Shown one piece after another: positions 1-10,327 of a stretch of 64,000 nucleotides of DNA. Position 1 is the first letter of the stretch, and each line of letters starts with the position of its first letter. The stretch lies in contig CM000434.1 in the NCBI GenBank assembly GCA_000165345.1, positions 32,001 to 96,000 on the forward strand. Direction: 5' to 3'. Position numbers and translations under genes: made by a program. The notes beneath the pieces are model-generated. The model was not told where the DNA came from, made no database searches, and worked only from the letters and a program-made list of their open reading frames with translations.

Positions 1-1385
1 TAGTCTTGGGTGGAGATGAAGCTCACTTCATTTCAGAACACATTACTTCCTTAACTTCCTCCAACTTCGAAGACTTCATTAAGAGCAAGGAACACGTAAT
101 TGTTACTTTCTTTGCCCCATGGTGCGGCCATTGTACTGCTTTAGAGCCAGAATTCAAGGCAACATGCGCTGAAATCTCAAAGCTCTCTCCCCCAGTACAC
201 TGTGGCAGTGTTGATGCAACTGAAAATATGGAGCTTGCACAACAATATGGTGTGAGCGGATACCCAACCATCAAATTCTTCAGTGGTATTGACAGTGTTC
301 AGAACTATTCAGGAGCAAGAAGCAAGGATGCATTCATCAAGTATATTAAGAAGTTGACCGGACCAGCAGTCCAAGTTGCTGAATCAGAAGAAGCTATCAA
401 GACAATCTTCGCTTCTTCTTCTTCAGCCTTTGTTGGAAGATTCACCTCTAAGGACTCAGCTGAGTATGCTGTCTTCGAGAAGGTTGCTAGTGGTCACCGC
501 GAGCACAACTATGCTTTCATTGCTTTCTTCCAAGAAGGTGAACAAAAGCTCGAGGTATTACACAAGGACGAGGAGCCAGTTTCTCTCCCAATGCCAAAGA
601 CTGTTGAAGAGTTGGAGGCCAAGATATCCATAATGAATGTACCATTGTTCTCTGCAATTAGTGCTGAGAACTACTCCCTCTATATGTCAAGAGAAGGTTA
701 TACTGCCTGGTTCTGTGGTACTAACGAGGACTTCGCCAAGTATGCTTCAAACATTAGAAAGGTTGCAGCTGATTACAGAGAAAAGTATGCCTTTGTTTTC
801 CTTGATACTGAGCAATTTGGTTCCCATGCTACTCAACATCTCTTAATTGAGAAATTCCCAGGTTTGGTTATCCAAAGTGTCAATGTTCCATCAATTAGAT
901 ACATGTATGGTCCAGCTAAATTCGACTCTGTTGAGCCATTAAAGGAATTTATGAAGCAAGTTTCTGAAGGCAAGCACGAACTCAGCATTAAGTCTGAGCC
1001 AATCCCAGCTGAGCAATCTGGTCCAGTCACTGTTGTTGTTGGTAAGACCTTCGAAGAAATTGTTTTCAGAAGTGACAAGGATGTTCTTTTGGAAATCTAT
1101 GCCCAATGGTGTGGACACTGTAAGAACCTCGAGCCAATCTACAACCAACTCGGCGAAGAGTACAAGGACAACGACAAGGTTGTGATTGCAAAGATCAATG
1201 GACCACAAAACGATATCCCATATGAAGGTTTCAGTCCAAGAGCCTTCCCAACTATCTTGTTCGTCAAGGCCGGAACTAGAACCCCAATTCCTTATGATGG
1301 AAAGAGAACTGTTGAGGCCTTCAAGGAATTCATCAGTGAACATTCTTCCTTCCCTCAAGAAAAGGAATCTCGTGACGAACTCTAA
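1..1385 (+). CDS. Protein disulfide-isomerase with a-b-b'-a' thioredoxin-fold layout and C-terminal RDEL. It is 5'-truncated by the window edge, so the signal peptide lies upstream.
   Basis: Two WCGHC active-site motifs (about aa 38 and 366) are separated by redox-inactive thioredoxin-like domains. The C-terminal ...ESRDEL is a KDEL-type ER retrieval signal. The ORF is open to position 1. Codon usage is GC-rich (AAG/TTC/GCC/GGT), which suggests high expression. Confidence 0.9.
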   Translation, partial: VLGGDEAHFISEHITSLTSSNFEDFIKSKEHVIVTFFAPWCGHCTALEPEFKATCAEISKLSPPVHCGSVDATENMELAQQYGVSGYPTIKFFSGIDSVQNYSGARSKDAFIKYIKKLTGPAVQVAESEEAIKTIFASSSSAFVGRFTSKDSAEYAVFEKVASGHREHNYAFIAFFQEGEQKLEVLHKDEEPVSLPMPKTVEELEAKISIMNVPLFSAISAENYSLYMSREGYTAWFCGTNEDFAKYASNIRKVAADYREKYAFVFLDTEQFGSHATQHLLIEKFPGLVIQSVNVPSIRYMYGPAKFDSVEPLKEFMKQVSEGKHELSIKSEPIPAEQSGPVTVVVGKTFEEIVFRSDKDVLLEIYAQWCGHCKNLEPIYNQLGEEYKDNDKVVIAKINGPQNDIPYEGFSPRAFPTILFVKAGTRTPIPYDGKRTVEAFKEFISEHSSFPQEKESRDEL

Positions 1386-1719
1386 ACTTTTTTTTTTGTC
1401 ATCTAAGTAGTTAGCAACTAGACAGGACAAGATACTATTGTAATTACTATTAATTGATCTCAAACTACTTGTTTCTATGATTAAAATTTTCTAACAATTT
1501 GCATCTTTTATACATCTGTCACCTAATTACATTACATATAAATTACTTGTATATACCTGAATACAATGAATATTTGGATAAACGTTGATGAAAAACCATT
1601 GGGTAAAATAATCATAAGTAATATTAGTAGTAATACTAATCATTGTTTGAGTTTGAAATATAATAAAATGTTTTTTTATCGATCAAATGAAAGTTGAATT
1701 ACAATTTATGGCAACATAA

Positions 1720-4335
1720 CTAGTTTTCTGGAGTATATTCATTAATAACTTCTCTAGAAAGAGAGGAACTGAAAATAAACCTCCTGTCTTCACACAAAGC
1801 TAGAAGTTTCTCTTCATCTTCTTCTAATAAAAGTCTAGATTTGACAAGTACCTTCATTGAATCTCTGAGAGCATTAAAGAGTATGTTAACTGAAATATGA
1901 GAAATAGCAATGCTGTATTGCTCTTGAGAGTAAGATAAAAGTAATTCGAGATATTGTTGTGCCTCAATTATTTGGTTTTGGAAAAGTTGAATACTAGAAG
2001 GGCCAAGGTAAGACTGAAGTTCCTGGAAATCATGTTCTAATAGATCAACTCTAGCTGTAATAAATGAAAAAAGAACTTCAATATCTAAAAAGAGATTTTT
2101 TGATTTTACCTTATTTCTATAATAATTAATAAAAGAAGGTAAACAAAAAGTACTTGAAATGTTCTTTTGATTGTATTCATTAAGCAACTCACTTGAAAGA
2201 GAGAGAGCTTTTGTATCAGTTAATAGATTTTCCTTACATATCCAAAGCTGACTTCGAATAGAATCCCATTCGCTTGAAAATGCAAAATGAATTGGCAAAT
2301 TAAGTTCCTCACAGGAATAGAAAACTTTTGAAATTGCTTTCTTAAGCACAACCAGAGCTGCACCTGAAATTACGTGATTCTTAAAAAGAAGATCATATGA
2401 TTGCCAGACAGTACTCAAAACCATCTGGCCAATGTAAACATGTCTACCAACTTTAATCTTAGAGTTGTCAGAAGTTATACTTTCTCTTTTCAAAGTTGAA
2501 ATAGAAGAGTTATCATTATTACTTTTATAATTTGAAACGGGTACTGAATTAATTAAAAGAATTGTTTGATTTTCTTCAGGCTTAGCATTTAATAAATTAT
2601 TTGGGCTATTTTTGAAAGAATTACTTTCGGTTTGAGTATTATTAATGTCCAATTCTTTGATAAACCTGTCTTCAAATTCCTCATCTCTAGTTAAACATGA
2701 TAAGGTTCTTTGATTCAAATACTTATTTGAATCATGCCCAATGGGAGCTGTTGGATCCTGCATTATTAATTGTATATTAGTTGATTTAATATTTTTAATA
2801 AATGTATATTGAGAAAGTTGACTAGAAAGTATGATTTCTCCAGTCTCTGTCATTTTAGCATCTATTACATTTGGTATAAAGGTATCGCAAAGTTCGAGTA
2901 ATCCTGGATGAGCATTAAAAAACCAATGCTTACGAATCTGGTCATTAATGACCAATCTATATTCCTCATTAATGGATTTCATTACTTTTTTAAAAAACAT
3001 TCTATGGAATTTTGGAGTCGTATATAACTGGAGCTTCTTATATATAAATTCTACAGTTGTACCATTTATTAATAATGTTAATAATACGGTACCTGCCACA
3101 TAAAATGCAATTTGTCCTTTTAGTTCTGGATCTATATAATCTTCAGACTCCAAGCTCATTGCAAGAGCAAGAGAGACTCCTCCTCTAAGTCCACCCCAAA
3201 TCAAAATTATGGCCTCTTTAATAGTTAGCCCGTATCCAATTCTAGTTAGTAGTGGGGATAATATAAATACCATAATTCCTCGAATGACACAAATGGCAGC
3301 AAATAACAAGAAAAGATTCATAAGCATGTTAGTGTCTTCAATGTAAGGTCTAAAAAGTCTTGCACTAACAATCCCAGCCAACATAAAGATCATATGGTTC
3401 CCAAGCTTTCCAACAAAGTGAATTATTGTGTTATGTATTTCCTGTGCTTTAGGCTTAAATAGAGCAGCTTTTCTGGAAGACATAAAAACCCCATAAGTAA
3501 CGACAGCTAAAACTCCTGATGAGTGGATTAATTCACTAAGGAAGAAAAGAGTATAAACTATCGAGATTGCAATAAAAACTTGAACATCATTTGTAGCTTG
3601 TGCAACTTTCAAGAATAGGTGTACTCCCCATCCAAAAAGAAATCCAAGTAAGGGACCTCCCAAAGCACATCTAATAAATATCCAACCGGAAGTCAAAATT
3701 AAAGAAGGTTCCAAAAACCTATTCAAAAGTATATTCTTGCAGAGTTGGAAAAAAACAACAGCAGCTCCATCGTTCAATAGTGATTCACCATCAACTAAAG
3801 AAGCAAGCTTATCAGGAGCATTAAGCTGGTGAAGAGACGCAATAACAGCGACAGGGTCAGTAGCCGAAAGAATTGAACTGATTAAAAGTGAACATGTCCA
3901 ATCAAAAATTCCTCCAACAAAATAATACATGAAAAATGTAGTCAGAATCATTGATACGATAACACCTGGAAGCGCTAATAAGACAGAAGAGATGAGGTTA
4001 CGCTTAAAAATATGGTAATTAAGCTGTGAAGATGACTCATAAAGGCATATCGGAAGCAGAACGGAGAATATAATATTGGGATGCATGGACTCTGCATGCT
4101 TGATTGCCATACTGAAAATACCAAAGTTGAAGGTTCTGAGTACATAATCCATCATAATTCCATACCCAAATAATACAACACTAAGTGGCAGACGAACTTT
4201 CCCATTAAATATCGTCCTATGACCAAAAAATGATTCCAAAAATGCTGAAGATGGTGCACATATTCCAAACAAGCATACCACCGTCATAACCTGCTCTCCT
4301 GTAATTTCAGGAGGAAAAATGTTATTATTCTCCAT
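1720..4335 (-). CDS. Na+/H+ exchanger (CPA1/NHE family) with a long cytoplasmic C-terminal regulatory domain.
   Basis: The 871-aa ORF has about 12 TM segments and the NHE signature ...SATDPVAVIASLHQLNAPDKLASLVDGESLLNDGAAVV... followed by GGLRGGVSLALA. Its C-terminal about 300 aa share blocks with the neighbouring paralog (CWQSYDLLFKNHVISG, LLEEDEEK). Confidence 0.9.
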   Translation of the reverse strand: MENNNIFPPEITGEQVMTVVCLFGICAPSSAFLESFFGHRTIFNGKVRLPLSVVLFGYGIMMDYVLRTFNFGIFSMAIKHAESMHPNIIFSVLLPICLYESSSQLNYHIFKRNLISSVLLALPGVIVSMILTTFFMYYFVGGIFDWTCSLLISSILSATDPVAVIASLHQLNAPDKLASLVDGESLLNDGAAVVFFQLCKNILLNRFLEPSLILTSGWIFIRCALGGPLLGFLFGWGVHLFLKVAQATNDVQVFIAISIVYTLFFLSELIHSSGVLAVVTYGVFMSSRKAALFKPKAQEIHNTIIHFVGKLGNHMIFMLAGIVSARLFRPYIEDTNMLMNLFLLFAAICVIRGIMVFILSPLLTRIGYGLTIKEAIILIWGGLRGGVSLALAMSLESEDYIDPELKGQIAFYVAGTVLLTLLINGTTVEFIYKKLQLYTTPKFHRMFFKKVMKSINEEYRLVINDQIRKHWFFNAHPGLLELCDTFIPNVIDAKMTETGEIILSSQLSQYTFIKNIKSTNIQLIMQDPTAPIGHDSNKYLNQRTLSCLTRDEEFEDRFIKELDINNTQTESNSFKNSPNNLLNAKPEENQTILLINSVPVSNYKSNNDNSSISTLKRESITSDNSKIKVGRHVYIGQMVLSTVWQSYDLLFKNHVISGAALVVLKKAISKVFYSCEELNLPIHFAFSSEWDSIRSQLWICKENLLTDTKALSLSSELLNEYNQKNISSTFCLPSFINYYRNKVKSKNLFLDIEVLFSFITARVDLLEHDFQELQSYLGPSSIQLFQNQIIEAQQYLELLLSYSQEQYSIAISHISVNILFNALRDSMKVLVKSRLLLEEDEEKLLALCEDRRFIFSSSLSREVINEYTPEN

Positions 4336-5140
4336 TTATTTAGATTGAAAAGTAGACAATTTAGAGAATGGAAATGGGTTAGAAAAAGCTCCAGCAAATA
4401 CAGCAAGGTTTTAGGAATGAAGTATAAGAGATTTCTTTGTACTTATGCTTTTGGCTCGTTTCAAAAATGTAGAATGTACATGTAAAACAATAATTTTTTT
4501 AATATTCCAGTAAGAAATCTATGTTTTCTTACTGTACCTTTGTTATAACAATAGTAATGTTAATAATAAAAACAATATTAATTTAACCAGAAAAAAGGTT
4601 AATGTTGTATAGTAATGCCTAAAAGATTTCCTTTAAAGCTTTTTAAATTAGTATATATTTTCTGGAATGTTTCTGAAAGATTTATATTCTGATTTTTTCC
4701 CAATTTTCTCCTTTTTCAGCTTAGCTTTTCTTTTTTGACAGTCCAAATAAAAATAGTTGTGGCGGGTTATTTTAAAAAGTAATTTATTATAGATAATATT
4801 TAAAAGAAACAAGATAAGAAAGGGGAAGAAGGATAATGGAAAGGATGATGATAAAATAGGTAATATAGAGTAATTTTTTGTGTTTTCAGAATCAATTCTG
4901 TGAGATTTTATTGTGGATATTCGGGCACATAAAAGAGGGAATAAGGCAAGATTAAACTCTAGTGGTTCTATAACAATTAATTAAAAAAAGCTTAAACTAA
5001 GAAAGTTTTTTGTGAGGGGGAACGTTCTAATATTTTACAAGACTTTCTTTATATTCAAAATTATACTTGAGATTATAAAATCTTCAGCAGCATGCAAACT
5101 TTCCAAAAACTATAATTTTTGCAAAGTGATTGCGGTAGCT

Positions 5141-5230
5141 GTAAGTAAATCAGGACAGGACGAGGATTGGCGGTAAAATAGGTGCAGGTGTCCCGCCATC
5201 CATTAATTGCGCGGCATTGTGAAGTAAGGC
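5141..5230. promoter_or_regulatory. GC-rich island (about 50% GC) with a perfect 9-bp-stem hairpin in the bidirectional intergenic region between the two NHE paralogs.
   Basis: The sequence ggattggcgg-taaaataggtgcaggtgtc-ccgccatcc forms a stem of GGAT(T)GGCGG with CCGCCATCC. It is flanked by gcgcggc, in otherwise more than 80% AT DNA. Confidence 0.35.
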
Positions 5231-5352
5231 TTTTTATATGAGAATAAAGCAGATTTTTAGACAAAAAAAAAGATTAGAGTAAGTAAACAATAGGTAATAA
5301 ATTACAACTGGAATTAGAAGAACCATACATTATTGATAGTTGATTGGAGAGA

Positions 5353-8136
5353 ATGTCAGGTTTATCAGCTGTGGCAGATGTAATAATGTCGCATGAGGCA
5401 GGAGGAGTGCCGATACTTGTTGGATTTGTGAGTACATGTTTGCTCGGATCGGCACTCTTAGAATGGATATTGTCAGTAGTATTTGTTCGTCAACCCCCAA
5501 CAACAGTTGCTTTGTTTTGTTATGGGATGTTTCTAAGTTATATATGTGAATCATTTTCATTAGGCACATTGGCTGAGGGAGTACGAATTGTTGAGAGGAC
5601 AGATCCAAACGTTATATTTTATATATTACTGCCTATATTTTTATATGAATCTTCAGCAACATTAAACTTTCATGTCTTTAGTAGAAATCTCCCGTCAGCT
5701 CTACTTCTAGCAGGCCCCGGAGCAATTTTAACAATGGTATTATTGGCTTTTGCAATTAAGTTCATTACAAGTATGAATTTTGTTTTATGTTTCCTAGTCA
5801 GTTCAGTGCTCTCAGCTACAGATCCTGTTGCAGTTATAGCTTCTCTTCATCAACTTAATGCACCTGAAAAGTTAGCTTCTGTTGTAGATGGTGAATCATT
5901 ACTTAATGATGGTGCAGCTGTAGTTTTCTTTGAAGTTTTCAGAGAAGTTATTATATCTGGTATGTCATCTTATAGCCACTATATCTGGACATTTATTAGA
6001 CTAGCTATTGGAGGTCCTGCTGTTGGAGTTGTATTCGGATTCCTTATTTCCGTCTGGTTAAGAGCAGCTCAGGCACTTGGTGGAGTCCAGGTAATTGGTG
6101 TTACAGCTTCTGTATACTTTGTCTTTTTTATAGCTGATGAGCTCCGTACATCTGGTGTACTTGCTACTGTAGTTTTTGGACTATTTATGTCTGCTTGGGG
6201 CCCAACATGTTTCAGACCAAAGGCTCAGGAATCCCATTTTCATTTCGTTAAGATTTTTGCTCACTTAGCAAACCATCTCATTTTTGTTTTATCAGGAGTT
6301 GTAAGTATGAGAATCTTCAGACCTTATTGGTCAGATGGAAGAATGTGGATTAACTTAGTGTTGGTTTATATTGCTATGAATATTGTTAGAGGAATTATGG
6401 TAGCAACATTATTACCATTATTGAACAAGGTTGGATCAGACTTATCCTTCAAGGAGGCCGTAATTCTTATTTATGGAGGTTTAAGAGGTGGAGTTTCCAT
6501 GGCTTTAGCTATGGTCTTTGAAGGAGATACTTCAGTACCAGGTTCTACAAGATCTCAAGTAGCATTTTACGTTGCAGGAGCAGTTTCATTATCTCTTTTA
6601 GTTAATGGCACTACTGTGGAGACATTATATAAGAAGCTAAAGATCTATACTGTACAAAACTTTAGAAGAGCCTTTTTACTTAAGGTTATGGAAGGAATAG
6701 ATGATGAGTATATGAAAGCATTTGAGGAGCTTAAATGCCACTGGCTTTTTGGTAATCATACGAATGCTTTAGATGCAGCTAATTTACTAGTTCCAAGGCT
6801 TAAAGATGGATATCTTGATTTTTATGGCGATTTACACATACTATTAACCCCTCCACCACATGTATTTGCAAGATTGAATGTTAAGGGTATTGAATCACAA
6901 CTAGAGGACTACTCAAAATATCGTAGTATGGCAGTAGATGTTGAAAATGGTGAAGATGAATTTAACCACTTGAATAGTATGGGAGGTAGCATAGGAAGAG
7001 AAAGGTCCAGATCAGCTTTAGTTGGTGTAGATGGTTTGGATATTGATGAAAGGTGTTGGAATATTATTGCAACATCCGTTAAGATGGCAAAGAGTCAGCC
7101 ATCTGTGGATTCTAGTGCAAGAGGAAGCCTTCTTCCTTCATTAGATGATCATAATAATGGACTAGAACCTGATGAAAGTGCATCTATTATTAGCTTTAAG
7201 AATAAGAGGAAGCCAGAAAATAATCCAATTCCAGAACTTGAAAACTCGAGCTCAGGTAGCGCTGAGTGCTCAGCCTTGCTTGGAAATACTTCCTCGATGG
7301 TTAAAGAGGAGAGATCACATTCTGAATCTGCTCCTTTGGTTAAAACAGAACAGGAAGAGGAGATTGGACAAAATAAGAGACATACATACGACGATGCAAC
7401 TCAAGTTAATAATGTTTCTGGAAACTTATTATGCCATACGGAATCTGATGAAAATAAAGGTAGAAGTCCTACATTTGCTCCTTTACTTATGGCTACAGGA
7501 TCTTTACATACTTTTGCAGAGCAAGAGCTTTTAGTCTGTAATATGGTTTTCAATACTTGCTGGCAAAGCTATGACTTAATGTTCCGTAAACACGTAATTT
7601 CTGGTACATCGCTTTTAACTTTAAAGAAGGCAATAAATAAGGCAAATCACGCAAGCCCTGAAGAAAAGACTAGCCCATTCACAGTTGAATGGGAATCAAT
7701 TAGAAGTGATTTAAGATCAACAAAGAGACCTGGTTTCATCTTCAATATGTGGCAATCAGATTTTGAAAAGATACTTCATGATATGGAAGTTTTATTTGCT
7801 TTTATAAATGCTAACAAAGATCTTATGAAAGCAGGTGGATTTGAAGTAGAATGCCTTTTGGGTGCTTCTTTATTAGATTCATACAAAAGACGTATGATTC
7901 AAGCTAAACAAGAGCTACACAGACTACGTGACCAATTCACTAACTACTATGTTTTAGGCCTTGCAATAATTGCGACAAATATGCTCCTCAATGTTAAAGA
8001 GCAGATTGTTTCTGTTGAAGTTTCTAGAGGTGTGCTTTTAGAAGAAGATGAAGAGAAAATTACTGATATACTTGAACAACAAAGATTGGCCCTTGATGCA
8101 TTCATTTCACAAGGTGCTGAGACTCAATCAATTTAA
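5353..8136 (+). CDS. Na+/H+ exchanger paralog (CPA1/NHE family), divergently oriented to the gene at 1720-4335.
   Basis: ATG at 5353 (MSGLSAVADV...). It carries the same NHE core motifs (SATDPVAVIASLHQLNAPEKLASVVDGESLLNDGAAVVFF, GGLRGGVSMALA). It also has the conserved C-terminal module (CWQSYDLMFRKHVISG...LKKAI...LLEEDEEK) with an acidic/Ser-rich linker. Confidence 0.9.
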   Translation: MSGLSAVADVIMSHEAGGVPILVGFVSTCLLGSALLEWILSVVFVRQPPTTVALFCYGMFLSYICESFSLGTLAEGVRIVERTDPNVIFYILLPIFLYESSATLNFHVFSRNLPSALLLAGPGAILTMVLLAFAIKFITSMNFVLCFLVSSVLSATDPVAVIASLHQLNAPEKLASVVDGESLLNDGAAVVFFEVFREVIISGMSSYSHYIWTFIRLAIGGPAVGVVFGFLISVWLRAAQALGGVQVIGVTASVYFVFFIADELRTSGVLATVVFGLFMSAWGPTCFRPKAQESHFHFVKIFAHLANHLIFVLSGVVSMRIFRPYWSDGRMWINLVLVYIAMNIVRGIMVATLLPLLNKVGSDLSFKEAVILIYGGLRGGVSMALAMVFEGDTSVPGSTRSQVAFYVAGAVSLSLLVNGTTVETLYKKLKIYTVQNFRRAFLLKVMEGIDDEYMKAFEELKCHWLFGNHTNALDAANLLVPRLKDGYLDFYGDLHILLTPPPHVFARLNVKGIESQLEDYSKYRSMAVDVENGEDEFNHLNSMGGSIGRERSRSALVGVDGLDIDERCWNIIATSVKMAKSQPSVDSSARGSLLPSLDDHNNGLEPDESASIISFKNKRKPENNPIPELENSSSGSAECSALLGNTSSMVKEERSHSESAPLVKTEQEEEIGQNKRHTYDDATQVNNVSGNLLCHTESDENKGRSPTFAPLLMATGSLHTFAEQELLVCNMVFNTCWQSYDLMFRKHVISGTSLLTLKKAINKANHASPEEKTSPFTVEWESIRSDLRSTKRPGFIFNMWQSDFEKILHDMEVLFAFINANKDLMKAGGFEVECLLGASLLDSYKRRMIQAKQELHRLRDQFTNYYVLGLAIIATNMLLNVKEQIVSVEVSRGVLLEEDEEKITDILEQQRLALDAFISQGAETQSI

Positions 8137-8405
8137 GAATACAATAAAAAAGTCAATTTTTATTCTAAACTATTTTTATAATACTTATATTAATTTGAAT
8201 GCATCCATATAGAGTATTGTATAATTAACAATGAAAATCTTAAGCGATGATTTTTAAATAAAAATCAAGTAGGAACTTTTTTTTTATTTAGTATTTTCTT
8301 AATTACATGTATAACTTTTTTTTTGTAAATTGCATTGAATTTTACCTTTAGATGGCTAAGCGCTAAAAGCGGTACCGAATTAATTCCTGGTAATATAATA
8401 GGGAA

Positions 8406-8414
8406 TTAGGCGGG
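8406..8414. promoter_or_regulatory. TTAGGCGGG motif with an adjacent GGCGGGAAGCCTGCC hairpin.
   Basis: This is one of four TTAGGCGGG copies. The others are at 47141-47149 (+), 14013-14021 (-) and 51558-51566 (-). All lie 150-530 bp upstream of a gene start. Confidence 0.3.
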
Positions 8415-8862
8415 AAGCCTGCCAAAAATAAAAAAGTTTATTGAATAATATTTAATTCAATCAAAAAAATAATTAAAAATCTAAAAGAAAGGCAAGGAGA
8501 TAAATAAGGTTGAATTAGGATCAGAGAATTAAAAGGTAGGAATTTGATTAATTAGCTAAAGCAGTGAAAACCAAGACAGTTTGATACTTTTATCACTAAA
8601 GCTGAAAATAATTAATATTAGAGTTGCAACTGATTATTGTGTGGGCATTAGTGCTTGTATCAAAGAAAACTTTACTAACAAACTTTGTATATTTAGAAGA
8701 ATAGTTAAAAGAAGTCATCAAAATAAAAGAATATCCTGAGCGATCATTAGCTGAAGAATAGTTTGAAGAAATTTTGTTTGAATAATTAATTGTATATATA
8801 TAAATATAAAATTATCTATGTATATTTATATTTGTGGATTTCATTGGATGTTAACAATATAA

Positions 8863-9747
8863 ATGTCAGTTCAATCTAATGAATTAGATCAGGAGGCACA
8901 GCAATATAATCTCTATAAGGATTTGGAAGAATTTGAGAAGAAGCTGGCAACAGCAAGAAAAAGGACTAGGGATGCTGACTATTTGGATAGAAAATTAGTA
9001 ATTTCTGATTCCACAGAATTTGAAAGGCACTTTGATAATTTAAGTGAAGCAATTGCAAGATTGCTTCCTTATCATACATTTTATGTTGATGAGATTAAAT
9101 CTAATAGAATTTCAGAAGATCCTGATAAAATTTCAGAAAGAAACAAGAGAATTAAGAATCTTGAAGATTCTATTTTAAATATTAGTACAAGCAGCCCTTC
9201 ATTTATATTTAATACTTGTAAATATGGGTTTGTTAGGGTTATCCATTCTTCCATCTCAATGGATTTGGAAAGAAACAAGAAGGAACTTGCTCAGTTACAG
9301 GCTTTGGAACTTACTTGGAAGTATCCAATAGAAAATAGTTCAAATTTTCCAAATGACAAGAATATGATTGGTGGCTCATCAGTATTAACGGGTTCAACAT
9401 TAAATAACTCAAATCACTTGAGTACGACTCATTTTGACCATAGTAATGAACTCTTATACCGAAATATGGTCCCTAAGAATCAAGTTAACAGCCAGGTCTC
9501 TAACATGATTGGAAATTATAGTATGAATAAGCACTATTTTGACACTAATGAAATACTAGGACGCGAAAAAGACAAGGATTTACTTCCAAATTCCGTTCCT
9601 AATAGTAACCAAATTTCTCATAATCCTAACTTAGAGAGTGTTTACCTAACAAAAATTAATGGTAACGCCAACAAAAATCTTGACTTATATTCCCTACCAC
9701 CTGATATGCTAAAGACTGAGAGATTTTCTAATATTAGCAATAACTAA
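8863..9747 (+). CDS. Hypothetical protein with an N-terminal coiled-coil-like region and an Asn/Ser-rich tail.
   Basis: 294-aa ORF with an ATG and no recognisable domain. The C-terminal half is low-complexity (N/S-rich). Confidence 0.5.
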   Translation: MSVQSNELDQEAQQYNLYKDLEEFEKKLATARKRTRDADYLDRKLVISDSTEFERHFDNLSEAIARLLPYHTFYVDEIKSNRISEDPDKISERNKRIKNLEDSILNISTSSPSFIFNTCKYGFVRVIHSSISMDLERNKKELAQLQALELTWKYPIENSSNFPNDKNMIGGSSVLTGSTLNNSNHLSTTHFDHSNELLYRNMVPKNQVNSQVSNMIGNYSMNKHYFDTNEILGREKDKDLLPNSVPNSNQISHNPNLESVYLTKINGNANKNLDLYSLPPDMLKTERFSNISNN

Positions 9748-10327
9748 ATATTCATTTCTATATTAAAGTTAAATAGACTTCTCAATCTGTAGTCTTAAAT
9801 TATCAAATTGTTTTATTTATATAATTTAATTGTTTGTTAATCTAGTAATAATTCCTCTTTTTTATTTTAATCTATTGTAAGCTACAATGTCAGCTTATTT
9901 ATATAACTTCTCACGGAAATATTTATTTCCTTTTAAAATTCTCTCTCGCTCTTCTCACCAATTCGAAAAATTGTAATTTGCTTCAGTAATTTATGTTCAC
10001 GTAGTAAATCATTAATATAAAAATTAAGATGCGTGCTGGCGCCGGCGCCACACAATTATGGCAAGCCCGGACTAAGTACATCTGAAAATTCAAATTTTCC
10101 CAAAAAAGGAAAAGAATTTCAGGAGATTAAAGGAAGCAAGGATTGATATTAATGGATACAATATATGCAAACTCACTAATCCATTTCTAATTCTTTCTTT
10201 TCCAAAATAAGTTCAGATCAACCAGAACAAATTATTATATTTTATTAATTCTAATTTATGTGTGGAAATAAAACAAGAAATTAAGGTATAAGAGGCAGGA
10301 AAGATTAATTTGTGGACGGTAAAACAT

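Noticed and set aside
5073-5608. Small minus-strand ORFs between the NHE genes, and many 60-120 aa ORFs antisense to large genes (for example 23..274, 939..1463, 7172..7534, 9081..9278, 14506..14986, 18824..19761, 25651..26146, 28247..28755, 58901..59167, 62032..62293)
   Set aside because: They overlap well-supported genes on the opposite strand or lie in AT-rich spacer. They have no conserved domain, and their low-complexity composition is typical of chance ORFs.
10021-10060. GC-rich palindrome GCTGGCGCCGGCGCCAC in intergenic DNA, considered as a tRNA or snRNA gene
   Set aside because: No cloverleaf and no A-box or B-box (GGTTCGAATCC) could be found here or anywhere else in the window, so no tRNA is reported. 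It may be another GGCGCC-type regulatory site.
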